Assembly: GCA_024685275.1 (NCBI GenBank)
Contig: JAIKVY010000246.1
Location: forward strand, 10 to 64,009
Source of the DNA: Clostridia bacterium
GTDB taxonomy: Bacteria > Bacillota > Clostridia > Christensenellales > DTU072
Direction of reading: 5' to 3'
DNA length: 64,000 nucleotides
The notes beneath the pieces are model-generated. The model was not told where the DNA came from and searched no databases. It worked only from the letters and a program-made list of their open reading frames with translations. Positions 18,801 to 33,800 of the stretch are shown here, in pieces (positions within the stretch are counted from its first letter, which is position 1; every line of letters starts with the position of its first letter). The position numbers and the translations under genes are program-made.

Positions 18801-21800
18801 AATTTACTATGTTGATAAAGAAACTGGAGAAACAATTGATTATCAAAATAAAAATGATTTTGGTGAAAACATTGTTTTAGATTCAGAAAAATATACAACA
18901 TTAAAAGTAAACGAGTTATTAAAAGATCACGAGTTTGTAAGAGTTCATTTAGGAATATTAGATAGTAATGGAACAAGAAAAGAAGCGTTCTATATTGATT
19001 GGACTTTAATCGACACAATAAATATTACAAAATCAAATTCAGCTAAACCATTAGCAGCATTTAGTGCTGCAGCATATGTTGATTTAAAGAATTGGGTTAA
19101 TACTTTAGTTGTTTCTGTAAATGTTGAATTGGAATTAGGCATTAGTGCGACAGAAGAAGAATACAATTATACAGATGCATATAACCTCTTATCAGCTTTA
19201 CAATTAGCTGGTCTTGGAGACGCTATTACTCAATTAGCAAAAACCTTACAAATACATGTTGATAACAGATATTTAAAAGAAAATGGCGATGGTGTTGGAA
19301 CACTTTTAGGATTAGCAGTAAAAGGAAATGTAAACATCGGTAATATCTTTGATAGTGAGGTAAGCGTTGTTTTATTTGATAAAACAGTACTTTTACCAGA
19401 TGGTTACAGAGCATCAGATGGAAATACTTATCAAATTATTATTGGGATTTACGTAAAAGATGGCGATGGATATGTCGATTTATCATATCTAGGAGTAAAT
19501 CTTGTTAAAATTAATGACCTTTCACATACATATCAAGGAGTTTTAGCATCAGAATTTGATGCATTATGGAAAGAAAGTTATGAAGAAGTAACAAATTCAG
19601 ATGGCACTCAATCAACAACTGCGTTTATAGATTATGAATATCTATTAAACGAAGTTTATTGCCAAGCTATTTTAGACGAATTCTTGTCTAACCAATATCA
19701 TGAGTATGCGTTTAATGAAGCGACTGGAAAGGGTGAATGGGAAACGAAATATCCTGTATCTAATTATAAGTACATTGTATACAATGACAAACTATTGAAA
19801 GCTGGCCCAGAGGCAGATCAACCTAATTTGTATTATGGAAATTTAGAGGACGATTACATCATTTACATATACGAAACATCAAAACTTATTAATTACTTTG
19901 ATATAGGAACCAATGATAATATTCTCAGATTAAAGAAAGGGTATTCATCATATTTAGTTAATAGCAATGGAACAATAACTGTTAAAAAAGGCAATCAAGA
20001 GGAACAAATTAATACAGTAAACGGAGAAGGTGGTATTCCTATTACCATTAATATCTGGGAACTTCAAAAAGCGATAGAAACAAATGCATATGGTGGATCT
20101 ACATTTGGAGATGGAACTATCTTCTTAAATAAAGTTAAAGCTTCAGCATATTCATTATATTCAACAATAGTATCACAATATGCTGGATATTTTGATAATA
20201 CAAACACTGATGACAATCCAGTTGCTCGAAACAATTTACTTGCAATGTATTGGGAAATAGTAAATGATCAAAAGGAAATTTGGGAAGTTAAATATACAAA
20301 TTCAAGTGATTATTTAACAAGTGCATCTGATTTATCATCAAGAGCTTTAGATAATATTAGAAGTAGATATCCAGAATATAGAGATGCATCAGCTTTAGTA
20401 ATAAGAGAAACAAAATATTACTCTGATGAAATGGAAGTATTGAGAGAGGCTTTAGTAAGAGATTATATAAACGGCTTGGTTTCATCAAATGGTGTAGAAA
20501 CCATGTCAAATAATCTTCTAAAAGCAATAACTGTAATGAAGTTTATGAAGAACAGTACAGATATTGTATTCAATATTGAAAATGCATATGGAGAATATAT
20601 TAAAGCACAAAATCTAGAACTTTCACCAACATCTAGCACAGAAAAATCATCAATTTCAATTGATGGTAAAATAGCTCTTAAATTGATATATGATAGAGGA
20701 GCTATCACATTAGAATTAACAAAGAATGTCTTTGAAACATTATTAACAGCTCTTGGCTTTGGAGAAGTAACAAATTATATTTCTATTGATTATTTAGGAT
20801 TAGGAATTGATTTATCGGATGGATTAAAAGTTCAAATTAAACTACAAGTTGAGGATACATACAGCATTTCACTAGCTATTAATGAATTAAAGGCAAGTTT
20901 AGATGAAAGCAAACGTGAAGATTATGGTTTTGTTATAACAAAAGACTTTACAGAAGGTGGTACAATTGAAGGTATTCCAAATGCTTTCCAAGTACAAGCA
21001 GCTATTGAAATATCTATAGAGAACATATTAAAACAAACGAATACTACTGGAATAAATGATTATGATTTAACGGCATTATTGACAAGATTATTTGGTGGTT
21101 CAGCATTTACAAGAACAGAATTAAGCGAGTTCTTGGCAGAGATAACAAAATTGAATCCTGAATTAACAGAAGACGCTGTAAAAGCAGAAGCATTTAGACG
21201 ATTAATTAGCGATAGTTTAGGAAACGAAAAGAAAACAACTGAAATCAATACTAGAAGTTCTGAAGCTTACACTGAAGCATCAAAGAATGGTGCTCAAAGA
21301 GATTCAGTAGAACATTTATCATTAGCTTGGGATAAATTAGTTGATGGAGCTATTATTCTTGATATCGGAGCTTTGGGTATCGAATTCTTAGTTCAAATTA
21401 TTGGAGATATTAAAGCAGTTCTTACTATTGAAGCTACTGCATATATTGATATTACAGAAATAAGATCAAGTAGTTTACAGGTAGTTTTAAAGAGAACTAT
21501 AGGAAATGAAACAGATGTTGTTCTTACTCTCTATTATGATGGGCGTACAAACACAAGTAAGACAGAGTTTACTGGAGACGTATACATTTCAACAAAGATA
21601 TTTGATATAGGCAATATCAAATTAACAAATGTATCTGCAATTTTCGGAGATATGTTTAAAACATTCAACAGTGAATTTATTGGAGATGTACAAAATTCAG
21701 TATATAAGTTCTTTGGAATAGAAAGAACAGAAGCATCAGGACAAACTCCATCAAACGCTTCAAGCGAAAAAATAAATGCAAATAATGCTGATGGAATGGT

Positions 21801-24800
21801 GACAGCAGCGACAATTATTAATTTAACATTTAATGATTCAAATATAGGAATATCACTAGCTAAAGCATCAATACTTAATTTAATTTATGTATTCTTGAAT
21901 ATTGATTTATCTGAGCAATTATCAGAAATTACTATGGGCTTAGGTATTGATTTAAGATTTGATAAGGATTTATCTGTTTCCGTTGGTATTGATTTAGGAC
22001 ATATTGTTAGTAGAAATAATGAAGAATTAGCTGCTATTATGGATTCTGTTTTAGAAAATAGAGATGGGAATAAGAGTAGTGCTTGGCAAGAATTACAAAC
22101 CATGCTTGTAGAAGTATTGCAACAAGAAGAAGATATATCACCAGAAGCAATAGTAGAAGCCTTTGATACTATCTTAAACGATATTAAATCAAACAATGTA
22201 AGTAAATATGGGACAAAATATTCAGATTCAGAGCTTAGAGAAGTTGCTTGGGATACGGTGTATTGGTTGAGCAAAGGAGTTACTTATGATGAAGCTATAG
22301 AAGTATATCCTGAACCTGGTGAAACTGAAACTAGAATAACCATTGATGTATTCAATATTTTAACCGGAGAACTCATAGATATAAATGGAGATGAGACGAA
22401 AGTTTTAATAAAAGTAGGTAAAATCAACGCTAGTATGAACAAAACTATGCTTGATCCAGATGTTGACTTTGTTGGATTTAAAGAAATGTCTCAAATTGCA
22501 AAGATTGGTCTTGCTTTAGGTGGATACGCACAGTTTGAGATTTCTGGAAATGATAACGGAGAATATAGCTTTGATTATTTGTTTGAATTAGTATATAAAC
22601 AAATATTCGATAACAGAGATCCTGATATCGGATTCCAAGTTGATATAAACGCAAACGATGTATTTGCTCAAACAAACTGGATTGATATTAAGGCAAATGT
22701 TGATTTAACAAAATTAAAAGATTTATCAAATATTGAATTGTATTTATCAATTACATCAGACACAAACCACAAGAAATTTGAGCAATTATCAAAGCTAAGA
22801 GAGTATTTAAAATCTATTGAAGAGGCAAATAACTCATACTACAATGCATGGAATTATGCACATAATGCTTCAATATACCAACAAGGTAATTCAGATTTTG
22901 AAAATCTAGCAATATTAAATGACTATGAACATAATTATAAGGCCTTAGTTGCATTAATGGATGATGTATATGCAAAATATAACGCAATGTACCAAGTATC
23001 ATCTCAAGAAGAGTTATATGAAAAACTATGGAAGCAATTATATGGTATAGTTGGTGACTTCTATTTAGGAAATGTACTTGGATTATATATCATATTAGAT
23101 GATAATGGCGTAGGTAATATTTATTTAGATTTAGCATTTTTAGGAATAGAACCTGTTGTATTAAAAGATGTATCAAAATTCCTCACAAAAATAGGTGAAA
23201 GTTTTGAAATAGATTATCAAAAATTCTTAGATGGATTATTTGGTGGATCAAGCAAAGAAGAAGATGAAGAATCACCAAATAATGCGTATGGTGTTAAAGC
23301 TAAGAATGCTGATGATGAGACTTCTTTAGCAGAACTTGCTCAATTATTAGTTTCTATTAATGCAAATAAAAATAACACATTCTTATTAGTAAAAATTACA
23401 AGTGCAGCTATATATGCATTACTTGAATCTTTTGGTGTTAAAGATATCAAAATGTATTTTGGTGAAGAACCAGAAGAAATAGCTGAAGATGATACAATGA
23501 TTTATCCACAATATTCTCCATCTGGAGAAATTAGATTATTTGGATATCATGAAGATATTGAGGATAATGTTGTAGTTAAGAGATGGTATGATTTATTAAG
23601 CGTCGGTGTTAAATTACAAAATCTAATGTTCTTAGATATTGGTATAATTCAACCTTCATTGGATATTGTAAGGGGAGATATTAGAATTTTACCAAAAGAA
23701 TTTATAGAACAAGACAATAAAGTTGTTTCATATTACACAGAACTTGATGAATGGGAAACAGACTTAAGATTATCTATGGATGGAAGTATAGATGTAATTG
23801 CAGATATGATTACAAACGCTGAAACTGGTTACACAGATGATATTAATCAAATGAATTTAGGACCATTCTTAAGAGAAATATTAGGCGAGCAATTACAATT
23901 AGATATAATTTTACAAACGTTAAGTGATATAGAATTAGATACTCATTTCAATTTACAAATCTCAGTTAATATTCTGAGAATATATCAAGCTTTACAAACT
24001 GATATGTCTAACATGGGAATTGGAGATTATATTGGATTAGTTGGTATTATAGCTCCAGAATTATGTTTGGAAATAATTTCTAGAGATGTAGATACACACA
24101 AAGAAACAGTAATAATGGGTATATATTTGATTAAAGAAACAAATAGATATGGAGAAGAATATTTATCTTTATATGTTGATTTAGGCAAATTACATATTTC
24201 ACCAATTAAAGTAACAAATTTAGTAAAGGTAGCTCCATTATTAATTAATAGTTTCTCTCAATTATTTGCTAATGAAGAAGAGGCTGAAAATGCTGAAAGT
24301 TTACAATTATTGACATATTTCTTAAATTTAACAAGCAAAGCTAGTGAAATTTCTAAATCAAAAGATATTGATTTAAATACGATTAGAAATAGCGCAAAAG
24401 AATATGTTGAATCAAGCGATTTTGTAAGTTTGAGAGAATTAAATAAATTATATGATAACAATGCTAGTGAAGAAGTAATTCAAGAAAAAGTAAATGAAAT
24501 AGTAGATGGCGTTACTAGAGCTAAGAATGCAGAAAGAGAAGCAAAACCTGTTGAAGACTTTATTGCAGTTGTTGTCGGAAATGATTACGGATTTACAATA
24601 GAAGCTGTTGCAGAAGTTTTAATAAAGATTCTCGACGAAGCATTTAATGATATAAAGACAATTGAAAGACGTTCTTTCGAACACATGATGAAAGATGTAA
24701 TTTCTGACGAAATTGAAGTTGAAGCTAGTGGATATAATAGAATTGTAGCTCAAATGAGAACATTACTAGAAGATAGTGATGGGGAAAAGAAATTAGCATG

Positions 24801-27800
24801 GTTGAACGTTATAGAAGAAAGTAGTAATTATTTAGATAATGCGGATAATTTAAAACTAGCAAATGATCTTTATACATCTATTAATAACGTTAATAGAGCT
24901 ATTTACAATAGCAGATATTCAGAAAACAAAATATATGATGTTGCATGGGATGCTTTATTATGGATGTTCGCTGGAATTTCATATGAAGACGCAACTAAAG
25001 TTTATCCAATAGATGCTGGTGGTGATTTAACAGTAATAACAATAGATATATTCAATAGATTAGTAAATGGATACATTAAAATTGAAGATGACGGTGTTCA
25101 AAGTAAATATGATGAATTAAAAGAAAGCGCTAATGACGAGCAAACCATGGATAATGCAATATTGATGAGAGGCTTAGAATACTTCATGTATTATTATGAA
25201 GCAGATGCTTTTGATAAATATGTAGAATATATAAATCAAATGCTTTTCTATATTAATAAATATAAAACAGCACATCATGTTGATGAAGTGCAAGATACAA
25301 GAGTAAATAATGTAAGAAAAGCTGAAGCATATGATGAATTAATTATTAATAATTTCTTAAAGAAAGAAGATAAAGACATATTCACAGCAGAATTTAATAA
25401 GAATTATAGTATTTTAGTAAGCGGGAATGAAACAGTAGCAAAAGCCACCACATGGGATACAATAGTTTCATTCTTTAATGGTGCTTATACCAAATTAGTA
25501 TCAGCTTTAGATTACGTAAATACTAAAGCGAAAGAAATATACAAAACAGAATTTAAAGATAAAGAAAACGATGATTTACCAACTGTATTTAATATCGTTA
25601 ATAGAACATATAAATATGATGCAAATCAAAGTGAAACAGCAAATACTACGTACACTTATAATTCAATAGTTACTATTTTATTCAAAACAGTGGCTTGGGA
25701 ATATTTATTTATAAGTGGACAAGCAGAAAATACAGATGCTAGACCATATAAAACATTATTTGAAGATTTGGCAATCAAAGAATCAAGTAATACACAAGGT
25801 GTTATAGGACAGGCACAAGTAAAAGAATATGCGTGGGAAAAATTAAGAGAAGATGCAGAAAACGTTGCTAAAGGCGTATATCCATATATATTAAGAAACG
25901 ATATAGTTTTAGAAGTAAGTGAAACAGAAAATATTAGTAAATATGGTTTTGGATATACTGTATCTTATTCAAAGAGCACAAAAGATAAAGAGCATGTATG
26001 GGCACTTTACGTAGTAGATACAAACATAGCTAATACATTTGAAGCTTATTTATTGTCAGGTAGTTCAAAACTTCCAGAAATGGTTGTTGAGGCTGCTCAT
26101 GGAACAGGTTCAGCAAAGATTGCATTATTAAATGAAAATAGATTAATAGCTGTAGAAGCAGAACTTGGTAGATTTAAAGTTAAACTTGCATTTAATAGTG
26201 CTGGTTTATATATGTCAAAGAAAGATCTAGTAAAAAATGTTCAAAGAAATAAATTGAATTATGATGAATATACCGAAATTACCGTAGCTGAATTTTTAGC
26301 AGAAGATGAAACAAAATATGCAGAATTTGATGAAAAGAGTCAATACGTATATGCAAAACTAGATTTAGATTTAGAATTAAAAGAAGAACAAACTGATTTC
26401 AATTTCACAGAATTAGTTAGCACTTTACTTGATCAAATTGGTGTTGATTTAGTTATCAATAATAATCAAATTGGAATTGAATTATTATTAAAATTATTAA
26501 CACATCTTGATTCTAAATTTAGATTATCAGTAGAAGCAAGAGTAAATCTATTTAGCTTATTTAAAGGTGATTTATCTACAACAGATATCGCATTAACACT
26601 TTATTCAGGGGAAGGATATAGAGACGTTGTTTTACAAGTTGTTTTAGGATCATATGTTGATGTAAATGATAATAAAGAAAAGAACTTCGTATTTGTAGAT
26701 TTAAGTAGATTTAACATTCAACCATTAATTATTTATGATGCAATTAATTATGTTAGAACACTTCTTGATTCATTAAATTCAAGCAACGCTACATTCTCAC
26801 CATATGATTATAGATACGCAAAGAATGGTGCTGAATTATTTACAGATGTTTTAGCATATGGAATCATGCATACAGCAATGAATGCAGATAATAGTGAAGA
26901 ATATGAAAAGATAGTTCTTGGTTTTGATGATCCTACAGGAGTTGGTGCCTCAATAGAATCTGCAGCAATTTATGTAATTTTGAACCTATTAGGAATGGGA
27001 CAAATTAAAGATTATCTAGAAAAAGCAGCACACATTACTTTAGAAGCTAATATATTTGGTGTTCCAAACTATAGAGATGGAATGAGTTATTCAGATAAGT
27101 ATAGAGACTTAATTAGATTAAGTTTAGCATTAAAAGCATTTGAAGAAGATGGCGGCGTTTCAGCAACGACTGGATTAGAATTAGATTTAGGTATTCATGG
27201 AATAGAATTATCATTGAATCAAAAGAAATATATTCTAGACTTAGATTCTGTTGAAAACCTACAAAATCATTTATTACCGGAAAATTATGCTGAAATTAAT
27301 AATAGCTTACCCCCTATTATTTTATCAACAACGATAATGTTGAATATAGCAGGTGCAGAAACAGAAGAAAGCAATATTAATGTATCACCAATTTCAAATC
27401 TTTTAGATACAATAAATCCAGATTTGTCACCAAGCTTGTCTAATATTATAGGACAAATCTTGTTAAAGATAGTTGATAATAACGCAATGACTGTTGCTAT
27501 TGATTTGAAAGCACAAATATCTTTAGGAAGAGGTGAGGATACAGATTATCTCAACCATATATTAGAAGAATCTATTATTAGAATAGCAATTAGAGCTTGG
27601 TATACATACGAAGAAACAACATCTGATAAGAATAAAGAATGGGCTGTAGTAACATATAGTAATGGTAATTTATATATCGACTTAGAAAATCTTAATATCG
27701 ATAAGATTATGATAAGAGATGCTACAAGCTTAATAATGAAGAAAGACGAAGAGACTCAAAATGCATGGGCAGAAGTAGCTAGATTGTGGAAAGCTGCAAC

Positions 27801-30800
27801 AGGAGACACATCAATTGGTATAGAAGTTGATGCAATTCTAGGAACTCATGGATTGTATATTGCTATGCAAAAAGCAGCAATTAAATCAATAATAAATATA
27901 TTTGGATTTGGTGATGCATTAGTATTTAGAGATGATTTAATTCAAATATATTTGGAAACTAGAAGATTAGATGAAGATCTTTGGATCAATAACAACAAGA
28001 CAATAAGCTTATTTGCTGGAGCAAATATTGCATTCTTGAAAAATGGACAATTTGCTATAGATTCATTAGCAACAGGGCAAATATCAAGTTTAAATCCAGC
28101 AATATTAATTAATTTAGGTCTTGAAGGTATATATATTGGATTTGAAAATAGAGAAAATTGGGATGTTGATAGTCCAGAAAAATATATAGAAGTAAATGAT
28201 ATTAACACAATTAGATTTGGAACAAACTTAAGCTTAGATTTCAGTGATAGTACAGGTATTTATGACTTTAGGGAATTGTTAAATTCAATTCTAGATATGA
28301 CTGATATCGATTTAGCAGGCATTGGTATACAAAAGGATATTAGATTAATATTAGATATTGTTCAAGCAGATATAGCTAATGTATCGGTTAATGCAAGTGT
28401 ATCAGTATATTTAGGAGATTTAATTAGTTCGGCGTTAAGCGGAGCTGGAATTAATATTGATATTGACCAAATAATTGAGAGATTACAGGCAAGTATTGAA
28501 ATTGTATTCAAGAGAGATAATAGCGATGAAAAAGTAACTTCTATTAAGATAGTTTATATTAGAGGCGATGCATACATTGACTTATCTAACTTAAACAAGA
28601 ATTTAGGTAAGGCAAAGGTTGAAGGCGTATTAGATTTAGTTTCTTCTTTAATAGGAGGAAATAGTGAAGCAGCCGAAGCAGCTAATGGATTTGTTAAAGT
28701 AGTTAATGATTATGTAAATTCATTTGTAGCAAAGAATGCAACAGAAGCTATTACACTAGAAGATATAACCAAAACATATATCAGTTTAGCTATGAGTGGA
28801 CAAACCGGATTAGAAATATTGGTTGTATATGGTGCTGTACAAGCCGCTATTAGATATTTATTAGGAAGTGAATCTATTGCTGAAGTTATGGCTATAGTAG
28901 CAACAGCAAGTAACCCATCTTTATCTTTGAATTTAAATAAAAAGGTAGAAATAAGAGTTAATTTAAGTGTTCCATCAAGATTTAAAAATGATGATCAATA
29001 TATAAAATTGACAGCAATAGAAAAATCAATAGAAGAATACTATGATATAGCTGAGGGTATCACGTACGAAGAACAATATTTATCAAGTGGTTCGCAAACA
29101 ATATTCTCAGATACAGTCGGGAGTGGTGAAGATAAAACAATAAAGACTATTATTGAAGATGTAATTAGCAAGTCTTCATTATATAAATTGTTTAATTTAA
29201 CAGATTCAAAGAAGAGTGCGATTGTAGATCAATGGGAAAAAGATGGATTATTGTCATCAATTAATATTAGAAATTATTCAGTAACTGAATGGTTGAGTAG
29301 ATTAGATGCAAAATACATGTTCTATTCTCGTAATGATTGTAAACCACTAGTATTTAATTTGATTGCTTTATATTTGTATGAAGATAAAGCCTCAATTAAC
29401 TTTAATAACTTATTTAGCAACACAATAACAGGATTAAACGTTAGTGTTGATACAAGCTTATCATTAACAGAAGATGAACAAGTTGCTCTATTGCAAGAAT
29501 TAGGTAATTACAAGAAAGTTGAAGGGGAAACATATTATACATTATTCGAATTCTTTAGTGAGTATTTCTCTGGAGAATTTGAAAACGATGATGTTAAGGA
29601 TAGTGATTATAAGACATTTATTAGAGATATTGCTATTAATTACATTAAAGGAGCTATTACATTAAATGCTATTTGGCTTGAAAGCTTAGAAGGCGAAATT
29701 AAAACAATTAGTTTAGATGGTTCATCATATATTATTCACACAGCAAAATATGATGAATATTATGATAAATTGTTAGTAAAAGCATGGGATAAATTAATAG
29801 AAAACTTTGAAAACAAACTTGGTTTAGGGACTATAACAAATAATGAATTGTTATTATATGCTATTGCTCAATTTTCATATGAAAAAGCAAGGAATATCCT
29901 TGATGATAATGCAAGTGAATCAGAGATAAAGAGTGAAGCTTATAATCAATATGTTGAATTTGTTGAAGAATATTCTATTTTAGATTATGAGGGATTGACT
30001 GAGACAACAAATGGAAAATTAAAACAATCAATTATATACAAGAATCTTTTATATACATATTTAGATGCTATTGATGTTGAATTATTAACGGGTATTAATT
30101 TTGATAGTTTCACAGGAAGTTTAAGTAGAACTAAAGAAGAATTAATTGGAGATATTAGGGACATTGTTAAAGGTATTTTATATGGAGTTAGAAAATATTC
30201 ATATGATTTATTAACAAATGTTGATTCTGAATATAGATCTGATTATGAAAGAGTAGTTTTAAGTAGTACAGCAGAACTTGAATTTACATACGATGTTTTA
30301 TATGATATAAAAAATATATATCTAGATGTAATTGAATTATTTGGACAAAGTGATTCAGTAAGTGCTGCAAGAACTATCTTAGTTGATATAGGTCAATATT
30401 TATACAATGAAGAATCAACAATACAGGAAATTACAAGTATCACCAATCCATCAGATTTACATTTATTAAATGCAGCAATAGCTATTTTAGAAAAATACAG
30501 TGCATTATTTAGTAATTTATTTACAGTACAAGATGTTTCAAATTATGTAAATAACACATATAGTGCAGATAGTTGGGATAGTTTATTTGATACATTTGAT
30601 TTCAATGCATATGATACATTTGATGAATTAAAACTTGATGTATTGAGAATTTATTATGAAAATCAATTACAAGCATATGATTTTGGTGCGCTTTATGATA
30701 ATTTAACAATCAAGACATATGAAAATATCTATTCAGTAATTAAAAATAAATATGAAAATGCATTAAGTATTAGGGATGTTAAAGATTGTGATGAGATAAG

Positions 30801-33800
30801 AGGTAAATTATTTAAAGCATATGCTGGTCCAGGAGATAATACTTGGGATAACTTAATATACATTTTATCTAACTACTATTTTGCATACCATAATGCTAAG
30901 AAAATCATTCTTACAGAAGCAAAGACAAATGTAAACAAATACTTAAAGTTATTAGTAAATAATGGAACTGCATTTACTATTGAAAATTATAGTAATACAT
31001 TTAATGGTGAGATTATTAGTTTAAATCTATTAAATGATTACTCAAGTGCAAATATAGTAAATATGGCTCTCGCATTTTTAACAAATCAATATGTAGATAT
31101 TAGTGATGTAAATACTTTAAGAAATATTAATACCACATTTACACAAGCTAGCTCTGATGAATTAGTGTTATATGCAGGATGCTACATTATTTATCAAGAA
31201 TTAAGTGATAATGATACTATTAAAGCAAAGATAGCTAAAGCATATAAAGATTATTCAGAAGGCAATTATGTTAATGGCTTACAAGATGTAAATATTAATT
31301 CTATTCTTGTTATTTTAAATAAGATTTATGAAAGTCTATCGTTTGAAGGAAAATCGTTAGCAAAATTAATAGTTTCGCAATTAATTAGTGTTGGAACAGC
31401 TATTGATCCAGATATATATTTAAACACAGACGAAGAATTAAAAGTAGAAATAGAAAAAATTAATAAAGATTCACTTGTTAAAGAAAGAGCATATAATTTT
31501 ATGATAAGTAGTTCAATTGATTTAGAAATGTATACTCAATTGAATTCTGTAAAACAAAGCATTATTTTTGAACTAATATATCTAAATAATCCACAAGATA
31601 GAAATGATATCAATAATGTATTATTATCATTCTGGAATGGAACTTTAGCTGATGTATTAGTGTCATTTAAGAATAATAAGGCACTTTTAACTGAGACTAA
31701 TATTGATATTTATTATCAAATGTTTGGAAAGATATTCTCAGATACAGCAAAAGAAGAATTATATAAATTATTTACTGAAGTTGATAGCACAACAGGAATG
31801 TATAGACAGATAATAACTATATTTGATAATTTGGTACAAGACACATATGTAGATATTATGACTGATTATGATAAAGCTGTTGTGGTTAGTCGTGTATATG
31901 AAAAACTAAGTGAATATTTACCAGATAACGTAGCAGGAGCACAAAGCGCTGGATATAATGCACTATATGCATTTACAAAGATATTTGTAGATACAATATA
32001 TGATTTCATTAACATTGATTTTGAGGCAATGATAGAGAATATTTTACTTAGCTATGATGATGCTAAATACAAGAATTTAACATCTAACGAAGTATTATCA
32101 TATTATCAAAGCGTTATTAAAGTTGTTGAAGATCAACTTGAAACAATGATTTTCAATCAATTTAAAGATCAAATCAAAACATATGCAGCAAATGAAAATA
32201 ATTTAATTTATCAAGTTGAGAAAACTGCAAAAGATTTCTTGTATATCGATAATGCACCAGTAGGCACACTTGGAGAAGAAGATGAAGGAACTTTATCTGA
32301 TATAACAACAAGTTATAATATTAATCCTGATAATAAAGTTGAAAAGGATGGCGATGACGTTGTTATATATACCAAGGAAGGAAATAATTATAATAAAGTA
32401 ACAGATACAAGTTCATTGACCTCAGGCCAAAAGACATATAACAAATATGATATTACTGCTAAGATTGTGGTTAAATTAGTTCCAACAGTATGTTCTAATA
32501 ATAGTTATCAATTCCCACTAAATGCACCACTAGGATTAACAAGTTTATATACAACTTTACAAAAAACTGTAGATATCACAAAAACAGGACAAAAAGTAAT
32601 AATTGATGGAACAGGATATACTGTATTTGTTGGCTGGGTTGATGACCAAAGCATATTAAGAAAAGATGAAAATGATGAAATTGTTAGCGATGAATTTATT
32701 AAAGAATTAACTATAGAATTAACATATGAAAATTGTGCATGGTTAAATTCAACAGATAACTCATGGGGCTCTGGAAAATGGAGTAGTTATTTCATTGATA
32801 CAACAGATAGTGATAAGAATAATAAATTAAAAGAATTAGGTAATCAATTTATTGAAAAAATAGAAACTGAGCATTCTGATTGGATTTCGGATGCTGTAGC
32901 TAATGCGATTAACACGTTAAAAGCTGAATATTATCAAGCCATACAGGATGTATTAAAATTAGTAGATCTTATAGTCGGAACTGAAGCTGCTCCAGCTGGC
33001 GTAACAGTAGAAACAATAGAAGATAAAGTTGGTTCAGCAACAACATCAGTTGAATTATATGAAAATGCATCAAAATTAATAAAAATCATTTCAGAATGTG
33101 AAAGAATATCAGGAAATGATTATGGTAAAGCTAATTATGAAACGATGTATTCATATAAATTAAATGCCCTTGTTGATTTCTATAATGGGAAAAATGTTGG
33201 AATAAAAACAAACTTCTTAAAAGAAGTTATGTCAGCAACTAACTATAAATTAGCATTTTTAGATTTGGATGAAGTAAATAGTTATAACTTAAATATTATA
33301 GTTGGTGGCATTGAACTTGCTAATTATATAGATATCATTACTAACCTTTCAGAAGCAATGATAGAAGGGTATTTAGAAAGTGAAAATATTGAAGTATTAA
33401 GAGCTAAAGAAAGAAAAGATGTAAGTTCATACTTAGAACAAACACTTAAAAACACATTGTTATCATTTGATGCTGCTAAATATAGAAAAGCATTACATAT
33501 CTTTAAAGAAAAGATGGAAACAACGTTTAACAATAATAATGGTTTCGTTTTCTATTCAGATAGCGACACAATAATTAAATCTAAGAGTAATTACAATTAT
33601 TCACAATTAATAGACAAGATTATTAAAGATGGTGAAAGCATATTATTAAAGAACTATGTTTCAGAAACTAATGCTGGGTATTTGATATTAAATAGTAGAA
33701 TTAATGCTACAGGACAAAAGTTTGGTTCAAACGAAAATTGGTTTAGATTTGCATATAATTTAGTAAAGAGTCAACAATATATTAGTGCTGAAAACTGGAC

